Virus record (IMG/VR): IMGVR_UViG_2619619134_000011 | Source: a virus | Taxonomy: Duplodnaviria > Heunggongvirae > Uroviricota > Caudoviricetes | Reading direction: 5' to 3' (one strand) | Length of the DNA stretch: 13,009 bases | Part shown: one piece after another, positions 1 to 7,792 of the stretch | Layout: each line of letters opens with the position of its first letter | Position numbering within the stretch: position 1 is the stretch's first letter | Made by a program: the position numbers and the translations under genes | The notes under the pieces: generated by a model | What the model was told of the DNA's origin: nothing | The model's database searches: none | Seen by the model: only the letters and a program-made list of their open reading frames with translations

Positions 1-173
1 TGTCAGTTATCATCTTCGGTTACGGTTATCGGCAGAACGCCCTGCCGCTGACAAGAGCTTATTTGCCTGACCAATCTACTCCACATGATAGATAACTATC
101 ATTTATAACATTTCATTGATTAGCCTTTATTTTTCATTGCGTTACAAATAACACCCCTGTCAAAAACAGCGAA

Positions 174-197
174 ATTAACTACACCATTAACTACACC
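174..197. repeat. Perfect tandem duplication of the 12-bp unit ATTAACTACACC
   Basis: Read directly: ATTAACTACACC at 174-185 and again at 186-197, in non-coding DNA. Confidence 0.9.
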
Positions 198-202
198 GTT
201 TC

Positions 203-231
203 ACGAACAATATCGAACAACCACGAACAAA
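203..231. repeat. Three phased CGAACAA heptamers; contains a 17-bp sequence repeated at 7730-7746
   Basis: CGAACAA at 204-210, 214-220 and 224-230 (about one helical turn apart). GAACAACCACGAACAAA at 215-231 is identical to 7730-7746. Confidence 0.85.
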
Positions 232-461
232 GATCAACACGCTTTAACCGTTATCATTTTTCGGCTATCCGTTATGAAGCTGGTGGATGTTCCCCGATAT
301 GGAGATCCCCATATCGAGAACCCTACCGGATTTTTTTTCCGGTTAACTGTTAATCAGGCTGGTGGGCTTTACCTGTTCGGTAGGTGTTATGATTATCGTA
401 ATACCTTTCCCCCAATGGGGTAAAAGCATCAACCGTAACGAAAGTCGTTATGGTTGCCACC

Positions 462-574
462 GATACCCCAAATTTGGGTATCACGAGTAAGCCCCAAAAT
501 CTGGGTGTTACTCTTACTACCCAAACTACGGGTAGTTTCCGTAGTTTCATGGTCGAGTTGCAGATCTGCAACTC
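462..574. repeat. Structured non-coding repeat cluster: three CCCAAA-N-GGG units, GTAGTTTC x2 and a 20-bp perfect palindrome
   Basis: Near-palindrome GATACCCCAAATTTGGGTATC (462-482); CCCCAAAATCTGGG (492-505); CCCAAACTACGGG (520-532); direct repeat GTAGTTTC (532-539, 541-548); perfect palindrome GAGTTGCAGATCTGCAACTC (555-574). The ORFs the track lists here overlap one another and look spurious. Confidence 0.85.
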
Positions 575-867
575 CCCCATCAACCACAGGCGAATTTCCG
601 CCTTCGGTCATTCCTTAATCATCTGCGTAATCATAATGATTATTCAGCCAGCTCAATTTTGAGCTTTGCTTTAAGTTCAGCGAGTTGCCGCGCCGACTTC
701 CTCAAATTGAGGTTTCCGAAAATATCAGCGGGTTAGCGATTAAGCTGACCATTAATTAAACTGCGAAAATTTCGTAGTTTGTGACTGTCTTTCAGGCAGC
801 TTGTTAACAGTCCTCAGAAGCGAGGGATGTAGCCACCCATTTTTGGGCCGTCGGGAATATCAACCAG

Positions 868-1149
868 TTACCGCCGCAACCGCTCCGGCTTCTTCCAGTG
901 GTACGTGATTTTCTCCTTCTCCCGATACAGTTCAACGCGGCGATTGTAGGCCAGCATTTCCAGAACGCGGATCCGTATATCGCGCATATCCGCATCATTA
1001 AGCTGGATACCATCACGGCGCATCACCTCAGCAACAACACGCGCATAATTTTCAGCGGTCACGCTGTCCGGCTGCGTGGTCTGTTCGTCAGCCTGCTGGC
1101 TGATTCCAGAGACGCGGCGGATTAATCGCAGTATTTCGGCTTCTGTCAT
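868..1149 (-). CDS. Hypothetical protein (93 aa), last gene of the packaging operon
   Basis: ORF begins 13 nt after the terL stop, with a GAGG Shine-Dalgarno about 10 nt upstream of its ATG. I recognise no motif. Coding status inferred from operon context only. Confidence 0.45.
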   Translation of the reverse strand: MTEAEILRLIRRVSGISQQADEQTTQPDSVTAENYARVVAEVMRRDGIQLNDADMRDIRIRVLEMLAYNRRVELYREKEKITYHWKKPERLRR

Positions 1150-1162
1150 GCTGCTGACCTCA

Positions 1163-2824
1163 TTACACCCCGCTAAATTCTTCCAGTTTCTGGCGGTGGC
1201 TGTCGCTTATATCAAAAGCAAAATCCTCATGCTCTGCCTGGAATGTACCAAACGCCATCAGCGCCGCCACGCTCGGGTCTATCTTGTTCGGTGATTTTTT
1301 CTTGTTCGGCTTGATATTGGCGTTCGCGTCACTCTGCATCACGACGTTACTCATCGACCAGGACAACACCGGATCGCCACGATGCACAATCACCCTGCGG
1401 TTAACAAAAACTTCGAACGATTTCGCCGCCGGACTGAATCTGAGGTAGGTTTGCGGGAACGGCTCCACCTCAAAACCTGCCCCCTGTAATTGCGTTCTGA
1501 GATGCGTGGCGTTCCACGTATCAAAGCCCACCAGCCTGATATGAAATTTCTCCGCGTCCTGCATGATGTCATCTCTGATCCGGTCGTAATCAATGCAGTC
1601 GCCAGGCGTTGTGCGTATCCAGCCCGCTTTAGCCCACTGACGATAGACAGCGCGGTTTTTATTGGCGGGGTTCTGTAGCTGGAACTCCGGCAGATAATGA
1701 CGGGAAATCAGCATAATGGTTTTACCGACCGGAAAGGCATAGCATACGCTGGAAATATCGCTGGTTGATGATAAATCCAGCCCCGCGTAACACTCCTGGC
1801 CGTGTAAATCTTCCTCCGTGAACGTTCCGGCACACTCAGCCCATGCGCCGTTACCCATCCACGGGGTAGCCCCCTGGCACCAGATATTAAATCGCTTTGT
1901 CATCATCTCCACCCACTGCGACGGTATTCCCCGCGCTTTCTGGATGGTTGAGGCCAGTTTTTCACGATCGACGGAAACATCGATATTGGGATTCGCCTTT
2001 ATCCACATCGCCGGATCGTCAACCTCGCTTTCATCATCCAGCTCGTAAATCAGCACGAACATGGATTCGTTCACCTCTTCACCATCCAGTATCTGGCAGC
2101 AATAGTCGTAGTGTTGTTTACAGGCTGAAACAACGTTGCTCCCCGATGTGGTGATGGCAAATAACAGCCCCTCCGGACGCGCCCCCATTCCCAGTTCAAG
2201 CGCGGAATAAACCCCGTTGTCAGGGTGCAGGTGATATTCATCCACAATGGCAAGACTCGGGTTTGTGCCCTCGATGGTTGCCGCTTTTGCTGCCAGCGGC
2301 TTTAACAGGCTGTTGCTTTTCGGGTGCATCACCTTGTGGGCCTGAATATTCACCCGCCTGCGTAACGGTCGGGATAAAAGGCACATCTGACGCGCATCAT
2401 CAAAAACGATCCGCGCCTGGTCACGGCTCACCGCTGCGGTGTAAATATCCTGCTGCCCGTTCTCCATAATCAGAAACCAGTTAGCCAGAATCGCGGCGGT
2501 CGTGGATTTCGCATTTTTGCGTGGCACTTCGATAAAGGCGCTCGTGTATTTGCGCCGTCCGGTGGCCTTAACCTTAAAGCCGAGGATGCACGCAAAGGCG
2601 AACTGCTGCCACGGCTCCAGCTCAATGGGTCTGCCACGCATCGGCCCTTTTACGTGCGGACACACCCTGGAAAAGGCAATAAACCGCTCCACAACCTCAC
2701 GATCGAACGTGTAAAGGGGGCTTTCAAGGTCCGAAAAGTACCGTTTAACGGCCTGTTTCAGCCGTTTACAGGCCGGAATTTTGCCCGTTTTTACGTCTTC
2801 TGCGTACTTATTCCAGGCGGTCAA
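1163..2824 (-). CDS. terL: Terminase large subunit (HK97-like family)
   Basis: 553-aa ORF overlapping the terS stop by 17 nt. N-terminal P-loop-like segment (PRKNAKST) and the length and layout of phage large terminases, directly downstream of HNH and TerS. Family assignment is by recognition, not by search. Confidence 0.85.
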   Translation of the reverse strand: MTAWNKYAEDVKTGKIPACKRLKQAVKRYFSDLESPLYTFDREVVERFIAFSRVCPHVKGPMRGRPIELEPWQQFAFACILGFKVKATGRRKYTSAFIEVPRKNAKSTTAAILANWFLIMENGQQDIYTAAVSRDQARIVFDDARQMCLLSRPLRRRVNIQAHKVMHPKSNSLLKPLAAKAATIEGTNPSLAIVDEYHLHPDNGVYSALELGMGARPEGLLFAITTSGSNVVSACKQHYDYCCQILDGEEVNESMFVLIYELDDESEVDDPAMWIKANPNIDVSVDREKLASTIQKARGIPSQWVEMMTKRFNIWCQGATPWMGNGAWAECAGTFTEEDLHGQECYAGLDLSSTSDISSVCYAFPVGKTIMLISRHYLPEFQLQNPANKNRAVYRQWAKAGWIRTTPGDCIDYDRIRDDIMQDAEKFHIRLVGFDTWNATHLRTQLQGAGFEVEPFPQTYLRFSPAAKSFEVFVNRRVIVHRGDPVLSWSMSNVVMQSDANANIKPNKKKSPNKIDPSVAALMAFGTFQAEHEDFAFDISDSHRQKLEEFSGV

Positions 2825-3164
2825 GCTCGTCCTCTTCTTCTGTTTCCGGTGGATTTTTACGGCGGCTTATCGGGTCAAAACCGAGCAAGGAGGCCATTTT
2901 TATCATCACTCTTTCAGCGTCGGATTTTGCGCTTAATGCGGGGTTTCTGCTCTCGCCGCCCTGACTGTTAACAATGCTGAACCCGCGCGCCGCAAGGTCT
3001 GCAACGGCTTTCCGGTAAATGGAGTAGTTGACACAATACAGTTCCAGATTACTCCAGTCGGCGGGGGTAAGGTCTCCCCGTTCCGCAAGCTGCCGCGATT
3101 TTCCCCGCCACTGCTTCACGGCGATATCATCCAGGTAGGCGGGGGCTTTCGGTGGTCTTGCCAT
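2808..3164 (-). CDS. terS: Terminase small subunit (P27-like family)
   Basis: 118-aa ORF directly upstream of and overlapping terL. Size, acidic C-terminus and position fit a small terminase. No clear Shine-Dalgarno; the upstream region is AT-rich. Confidence 0.7.
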   Translation of the reverse strand: MARPPKAPAYLDDIAVKQWRGKSRQLAERGDLTPADWSNLELYCVNYSIYRKAVADLAARGFSIVNSQGGESRNPALSAKSDAERVMIKMASLLGFDPISRRKNPPETEEEDELDRLE

Positions 3165-3217
3165 GCTTATTTTTTCGCCAGATTATTTTTCAAAAAATTC
3201 CCGTGCATAAAAATTTG

Positions 3218-3277
3218 AGGAGGCGGTCGGTGCCCGGCGGGGTCGGGTTTGTCCTGAAAACGCCCCCCCACCCCGTC
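3218..3277. other. Candidate cos core (cosN-like GC-rich dyad) in the HNH-terS intergenic region
   Basis: The 290-bp gap between HNH stop (3455) and terS start (3164) holds a G-rich block (GGCGGTCGGTGCCCGGCGGGGTCGGG) and a C-rich block (CGCCCCCCCACCCCG) around TTTGTCCTGAAAA, giving approximate two-fold symmetry. An AT-rich tract (3165-3217) lies between it and terS. In HK97/lambda-like phages cos sits between HNH and terS. This is inference. Confidence 0.3.
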
Positions 3278-3454
3278 ATACAGCCTCATCAGCGATTGCG
3301 GAAACATTCCATAACCTCGCGGTCACGGTCGGTTAATCGCTTCGCTGTGATGCGTTCTGCGCGTCCTGACGCTTTATCTTTATGCCCTGTTTCCTGTGTC
3401 TTCCATGCGTCACGCTGCCTTATAAGTCCACGGATAAGGCGGTTTTGTTCCCGC

Positions 3455-3895
3455 TCATTCATCAGCGTCATACATCCAGTTATTGCGGTTAGCGGCCCGT
3501 TCTTCCTCCTCACGGAATCCGCCAGCGGCACGCTTGCTTTTTGTTGCCGGATCAAGCCACTTCGTTTTCTGGTTATGACACGCCTGGCACAATGGCTGAT
3601 GGTTCCATTCGGGCCAGAAGAGAACATCATCACCGCCATTAATCGGGATAATGTGATCCACCACCACGGCGGGCGTATATATCCCCTTCTCAAGGCATCG
3701 CACGCATAACGGGTTTTTACTCAGATACATGGCGCGGTATTTGTCCCACTGTCTGGAGTACCCACGCGCGCGGCGGTGTCCTCGTCTGGCATCCTCTGCA
3801 CGCCATGCCGCCCGCCTGTGCTCCTCACACTTGCCGGACTTCACGCGCCTGTTACAGCCTGGTTCTGTGCATCGTCTTAATGGTTGCCACGGCAT
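3455..3895 (-). CDS. HNH endonuclease (terminase-associated)
   Basis: 146 aa with N-terminal Cys pairs (CTEPGC, KCEEH) and an HNH core (VVDHIIP ... NHQPLCQACHNQKT). Its start overlaps the stop of the upstream connector gene as ATGA. It lies immediately upstream of terS-terL, as HNH does in HK97-like packaging modules. Confidence 0.85.
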   Translation of the reverse strand: MPWQPLRRCTEPGCNRRVKSGKCEEHRRAAWRAEDARRGHRRARGYSRQWDKYRAMYLSKNPLCVRCLEKGIYTPAVVVDHIIPINGGDDVLFWPEWNHQPLCQACHNQKTKWLDPATKSKRAAGGFREEEERAANRNNWMYDADE

Positions 3896-4191
3896 CAGTA
3901 CACCCCCACATCACGGTAAGCCGTCCAGAGTGCGCCTATCGTCATGGGTACGCGTGTTTTTGCGTTATCCGCGACAATCTGGCGATTTTCATACAGGTGA
4001 GCGATAAACATCATGCAGCCAATCTTTATGGCTGGCGTGAACGCCAGCCCGTCATCAAAGCGCCTGCCTATATGTATCTGGCACGCCTCAAGCGATGCGG
4101 CAATGTATCCGCTGATTAACTGGTCTTCCTCGTCGCCATCGATGCGGCAATGGAGTTTCACTTCTTCCAGGGTGATAAGTTCTTCTGTCAT
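3895..4191 (-). CDS. Head-tail connector protein (gp6-like)
   Basis: 98 aa with the N-terminal ITLEEVKLHCRIDGDEEDQLISGYIAA pattern typical of gp6-like connector proteins. Overlaps the upstream gene by 4 nt. Confidence 0.65.
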   Translation of the reverse strand: MTEELITLEEVKLHCRIDGDEEDQLISGYIAASLEACQIHIGRRFDDGLAFTPAIKIGCMMFIAHLYENRQIVADNAKTRVPMTIGALWTAYRDVGVY

Positions 4192-4526
4192 TTTTCCGCG
4201 CCCTCACGACAAAGAATTTCAAGGCGTGTCCTGGCGGCATCCGGCAGCGGCTGCCCGATGATATTCAGTACACGCCCCGCCAGCGGCCCCGTATTGACCT
4301 TTACCCGGCTGGTGGCGTTGATGTCCTTCCTGTAGCGTATCCATATCCTTACCGTTCCAGTCGCCAGTTCTGCACCCGATGAAATGGCCTCCTTGCTGCT
4401 GATCATGTTCACGCTTGCCCAGAGTGTGTGACCGTCCACCCACGTTTCGAGTATTTCGCCGGTTATATCCCTGGTCTGTTTCAGGGTCTGAATCGTTACC
4501 CTGTCACGCAGTCGCCCTATGTTCAT
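4188..4526 (-). CDS. Head-tail joining / head closure protein
   Basis: Track ORF 4188-4568 trimmed to the ATG at 4526, which overlaps the portal stop as ATGA. The protein (MNIGRLRDRVTIQ ... GEILETWVD ... WASV) resembles phage head-tail joining proteins. Confidence 0.65.
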   Translation of the reverse strand: MNIGRLRDRVTIQTLKQTRDITGEILETWVDGHTLWASVNMISSKEAISSGAELATGTVRIWIRYRKDINATSRVKVNTGPLAGRVLNIIGQPLPDAARTRLEILCREGAEK

Positions 4527-5734
4527 TCCGGTTTTTCTCCCTCGCTGATTTTTACTTCCTGTTTCCATGCCTGGCTGAACTCATCACCACCATCACGCGG
4601 GGACAGCCCTTCACGTTCGCGGGCTTCGTTCGGGCACATAACGCCGGATTTGATGCCGCGTTCATAGGTGGCAAAGCGTTCGCCAGGAGTGGCCCGTAAC
4701 AGGTCCGCGCTGTCAAACTCCACCTGATACCGGATACCAGGTACAGGTGAGGCCACCAGCAGGGCTTTTTTTATCTGCTGCTCAAAGTTCGCCAGCCACG
4801 GACGCATCGTCATGGTGAGAAATGCGCGGCTTGCCTCGCTGAAATTGCTGTAGGTGCTGTTGCTGTATTCCTGCAAAAAAATCGGCGAGACGTTGAACAT
4901 TCGGGCGATGTCTTCAATGGTGAAGCGACGGGAGGCCAGCCATTCAGCATCCTGATTACTCATGCCCAGCTGCTGATAGCTCATACCCCCTTCAAGGATG
5001 GGCGTTTTTCCGGCGTTTCTGGCCCCTTTGTAGCGTTCCAGTGCGGCTAATGCCTGTTTGCCCTTCACGCCGTCCAGCCATTCGCCTGACGTGATAACCC
5101 CTGCCGCCATCATGCCATCACGCATCACGCTCGCGCCGTGGCGTTGTTGGGCCAGCCCAAGCCCCAGCGATTCGCGGCAGATGGTTACAGGTGAGCGCCC
5201 CATAAAACCGTCATCCGTGGAGTAACGAAGGTGGAGAACCTCCCACGGTAAATAGTTGCGGGTGTTTCCGGTGTAGGCGTCAGTGATGCAGTAGCGCCAG
5301 TTATGCTCACCTGTCTGCTCCACGTTCACCGACTGCGGCGGGTAAGGATGCAAAGCCACCGGAAAACCATCACGCCCCCACTGAATCACCGCATAAGCAT
5401 TACCGTTTAACAGGCAGTGGCGGATCATCATTCGCTTAAACTGGTAGGGGGTTTGCCATGCGTTCGGGCGCTCGTTGAGGATGTGATCGACCGGATGAGA
5501 ATCAAGCCACTCTCGGGCCTCCTTCCCCTTCTCATTGCGTACCAGGTACAGGTAACACGGCATGGTAGCCACCGCCTCAGAGATGACCGTGACGGCGTTC
5601 ATGACGGCGGGCAGTGATTCCGCTGTCCCCGATGATACGTACTCACCCGCCCCCGTGTTCGATGTGCCAGCCAGCGCCATAAACTCATCAAGCGTCATGC
5701 TGCGCTGCTCTTTTTTTCTTCTGAAAGGCCACAT
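4523..5734 (-). CDS. Portal protein (HK97 family)
   Basis: 403-aa ORF starting 1 nt after the protease stop, with a GGGGGTG Shine-Dalgarno upstream. Size and position between protease and head-completion genes fit a portal. Family assignment by recognition. Confidence 0.8.
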   Translation of the reverse strand: MWPFRRKKEQRSMTLDEFMALAGTSNTGAGEYVSSGTAESLPAVMNAVTVISEAVATMPCYLYLVRNEKGKEAREWLDSHPVDHILNERPNAWQTPYQFKRMMIRHCLLNGNAYAVIQWGRDGFPVALHPYPPQSVNVEQTGEHNWRYCITDAYTGNTRNYLPWEVLHLRYSTDDGFMGRSPVTICRESLGLGLAQQRHGASVMRDGMMAAGVITSGEWLDGVKGKQALAALERYKGARNAGKTPILEGGMSYQQLGMSNQDAEWLASRRFTIEDIARMFNVSPIFLQEYSNSTYSNFSEASRAFLTMTMRPWLANFEQQIKKALLVASPVPGIRYQVEFDSADLLRATPGERFATYERGIKSGVMCPNEAREREGLSPRDGGDEFSQAWKQEVKISEGEKPE

Positions 5735-5735
5735 A

Positions 5736-6308
5736 TCACACCCCCGCTAAATCCGCCCACCAGCGGCGATTATCCGCACGCGGCATTTTTTCGGGGTGCT
5801 GCTCGTACAGGGAGCGGCGGGCCAGCTCCACGCCGGAATCAGGGTAAGCCGGTACGGATGTAACGGTAATTTCGTATAGTTCCGCCACCAGCACGGTGCG
5901 CACGCATGGATCTGTTGTGGTATCCCATACATCCTTACGGGAACGAAAGCCAAAGCTCATGCCGGATATATCACCTCGTTTAACCAGTTCGATAACGTCG
6001 CGCCCTGTACTGGTATCCGGTGGGGTCAGTTCAAAGCGTAACCCTGTTTCGTCCTCTTCCAGTTTCAGCGTGCCGGAACGGGTGCGCCCCAGTAACATGC
6101 TGTGGTCATGCTCATACAGGCCGCGAACGTCATTACCCGCCGCAAGCCACTCAGTAAACGCCCCCCGCTGGAATTTTTCGTAAAACTCCCCCCATAGCAG
6201 TTCTGAAAGCTTATCCCAGCGAACAACGTAGCCCGTCAGCGTACCGGCTCCGCTGGTAGTGATTTCCGATGACCGGATTTCCATACTCTTCATAATTTTT
6301 TCACCCAT
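5736..6308 (-). CDS. Prohead maturation protease (HK97 family)
   Basis: 190 aa with a His-containing segment (EHDHSMLLGRT) and a Ser motif (GDISGMSFGF) matching the catalytic residues of HK97-type prohead proteases. The start is uncertain: ATG at 6308, 6293 or 6284. Confidence 0.8.
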   Translation of the reverse strand: MGEKIMKSMEIRSSEITTSGAGTLTGYVVRWDKLSELLWGEFYEKFQRGAFTEWLAAGNDVRGLYEHDHSMLLGRTRSGTLKLEEDETGLRFELTPPDTSTGRDVIELVKRGDISGMSFGFRSRKDVWDTTTDPCVRTVLVAELYEITVTSVPAYPDSGVELARRSLYEQHPEKMPRADNRRWWADLAGV

Positions 6309-6317
6309 AAAACACTA

Positions 6318-6337
6318 AAGGGGCTTTTAAGCCCCTT
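6318..6337 (-). terminator. Intra-operon hairpin between capsid and protease genes (possible attenuator)
   Basis: On the minus strand AAGGGGC-UUAAAA-GCCCCUU (7-bp stem), followed by UAGUGUUUUAUGG, sits between the capsid stop (6348) and the protease start (6308). Confidence 0.3.
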
Positions 6338-6347
6338 CTGTATGCTG

Positions 6348-7505
6348 TTAATCGTCGTCCTGTGGCAGTTCCAGAATCTTGATCGCGTTCGAATCCACCA
6401 CGCCACCGCCTAAATATTTCTGCGTGAAAATTTTGATGAAGCCCGGCTCTGTGAGGTTGTCCGGTCTGGTGCGAACACCTGTTTCGTGATCAACAATGTA
6501 GTAACCGCGTTTGAAGTCACCCAGGGCAATAACGTTATCAGGCATAAACTCCAGATATTCGACCGGAAGGCCCAGCAACGTATCAGGATCACCCGCCTGT
6601 AAACGGTCGCGCCAGATGTAATCACCGTTCGCGTTCTTCACCTTCTGAAGTTTTGCCGCCGTCGTGGAGTTAACCACCCAGACCGCGTTTTTGCGGTATT
6701 TTTTACGTAATGCAAATTTCAGATCGATCAGCGGGTCCGCAGATGTCCACGCCAGAGATTCGGAAGGTTTAATTACCTGCAACGTACCAAAATCACGCTC
6801 TTTGTCGTTCTTCTCTGCACGGGGTACGGATAAAAAACCTTTTGCTTTTTTGTCACCGTCGCCCACAACCAGATCGCTTTCTTCGGTTTCCGTGAAGGTG
6901 TCGCCAATCTCACCCGTCAGCCATGAAAGGATGTCCACATCGGAAAAATCCACGATTTCCTGTGTGGTGCGCGGGTACGCATAGACCGGATACAGCTTAA
7001 TGCTCACCTCGTTAATCTGCGGGGTGCTGGTCTGTTCGCGTGTCTTACCCTCTTCACCGTGGTTAACGGTCGCACCGCCAGCGGAAACAAGCTGCTTAAA
7101 CTCGTTGCTGCTGATTTTCTTCACGGTACAGATGCGGCGCATGGTGGATTCATCCGTCAGCATTCGCATGATTTCGGTGTTCAGTTCGGGGATAACGGTA
7201 TAACCACCATCAGCGGGAACGCCTGTACTTAATGCGCGGGTTTCACCTGTCAGAATGTAGTTGCGTAGTTCTGCGGGGTCAGTGGTCTGGCTGCTTTTAC
7301 CTGGCTTGCTGCGCTCTTCGTCTGCAATGGCTTCAAGGCGGGAAATGTCTTTATCGAGGGATTCAGCTTTAGCGCGTAATTCGTCAAATTTTGCGCCCTC
7401 AGCATCGTTAAGACTGCGGTTTTCTTTTTCCGCGTTCTCCAGCATGTCGCGCATCTGATTTTTAATGGCGGTTTTCTGCTGGCGTAATTCGATTATTCTC
7501 GGCAT
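6348..7505 (-). CDS. Major capsid protein (HK97 fold) with N-terminal scaffold-like domain
   Basis: The track ORF starts at a GTG (7553); I prefer the in-frame ATG at 7505, which has AGGA 8 nt upstream, giving 385 aa. The first ~100 residues are coiled-coil-like and E/K/L-rich, consistent with a fused delta domain and with no separate scaffold gene. Confidence 0.85.
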   Translation of the reverse strand: MPRIIELRQQKTAIKNQMRDMLENAEKENRSLNDAEGAKFDELRAKAESLDKDISRLEAIADEERSKPGKSSQTTDPAELRNYILTGETRALSTGVPADGGYTVIPELNTEIMRMLTDESTMRRICTVKKISSNEFKQLVSAGGATVNHGEEGKTREQTSTPQINEVSIKLYPVYAYPRTTQEIVDFSDVDILSWLTGEIGDTFTETEESDLVVGDGDKKAKGFLSVPRAEKNDKERDFGTLQVIKPSESLAWTSADPLIDLKFALRKKYRKNAVWVVNSTTAAKLQKVKNANGDYIWRDRLQAGDPDTLLGLPVEYLEFMPDNVIALGDFKRGYYIVDHETGVRTRPDNLTEPGFIKIFTQKYLGGGVVDSNAIKILELPQDDD

Positions 7506-7724
7506 AAAAAAAGTCCTGGGGTTAAGTAAGGAACTCCAGGACGCGGCAAACACTCAACCGTTTTTCATAAGGAAATCAGTAATCGCACCGATCGTTTTCC
7601 CGCCTGGTAATGAATATTGGCGAGCACATTAACAGGCGGGAAAATGGCCCCAGCGTCCTGGCACCACGGGCGAGAATAATCATGATTCAGGTCGGGTAAA
7701 ATATGCCGTTCCGGTCAGCGAGCA

Positions 7725-7746
7725 ACGTGGAACAACCACGAACAAA
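7725..7746. promoter_or_regulatory. Inverted repeat and 17-bp repeat in the leader of the packaging operon
   Basis: CGTGGAACAACCACG (7725-7739) is a 5-bp-arm inverted repeat. GAACAACCACGAACAAA (7730-7746) is identical to 215-231. It lies between the upstream terminator and the capsid gene, where the packaging promoter must sit. I could not place -35/-10 hexamers confidently. Confidence 0.35.
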
Positions 7747-7754
7747 TAATTTAC

Positions 7755-7786
7755 AAAACATGACAAAAAGCCGGATTGCTCCGGCT
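7755..7786 (-). terminator. Rho-independent terminator ending the replication-side operon
   Basis: On the minus strand AGCCGGA-GCAA-UCCGGCU (7-bp stem, 4-nt loop) is followed by UUUUGUCAUGUUUUG, immediately after the stop of the 7793-8107 gene. Confidence 0.6.
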
Positions 7787-7792
7787 GTGTGA

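Noticed and set aside
1-150. Attachment site or host tRNA fragment at the left edge
   Set aside because: I could not recognise a tRNA-like sequence or a repeat matching the right end (which is outside the window), so no att call is made.
325-343. ACCGGA-TTTTTTTT-TCCGGT hairpin as a terminator
   Set aside because: The stem is short and the T-run forms the loop rather than a trailing tract. It is about 500 bp from the nearest gene end, so it is not called as a terminator.
350-662. Three mutually overlapping ORFs (350-583 minus, 429-611 minus, 450-662 plus)
   Set aside because: They overlap each other across the repeat and palindrome cluster, have no convincing ribosome-binding sites, and their translations are dominated by the repeats. 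The region is better read as non-coding.
1076-2714. Multiple 60-100-aa plus-strand ORFs inside terL
   Set aside because: All lie antisense within the well-supported terminase gene and lack start context. Treated as shadow ORFs.
3152-3709. 185-aa plus-strand ORF and 134-aa minus-strand ORF (3289-3693) across the HNH-terS gap
   Set aside because: Both overlap the HNH gene in other frames and run through the GC-rich putative cos region. Arg-rich, low-complexity translations. A short basic ORF in the gap cannot be excluded but is unsupported.
7506-7553. Upstream GTG start for the capsid gene used by the ORF track
   Set aside because: The 7553 position is a GTG with no Shine-Dalgarno, whereas the in-frame ATG at 7505 has AGGA at good spacing and gives an HK97-like 385-aa product. 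The ATG start is preferred.
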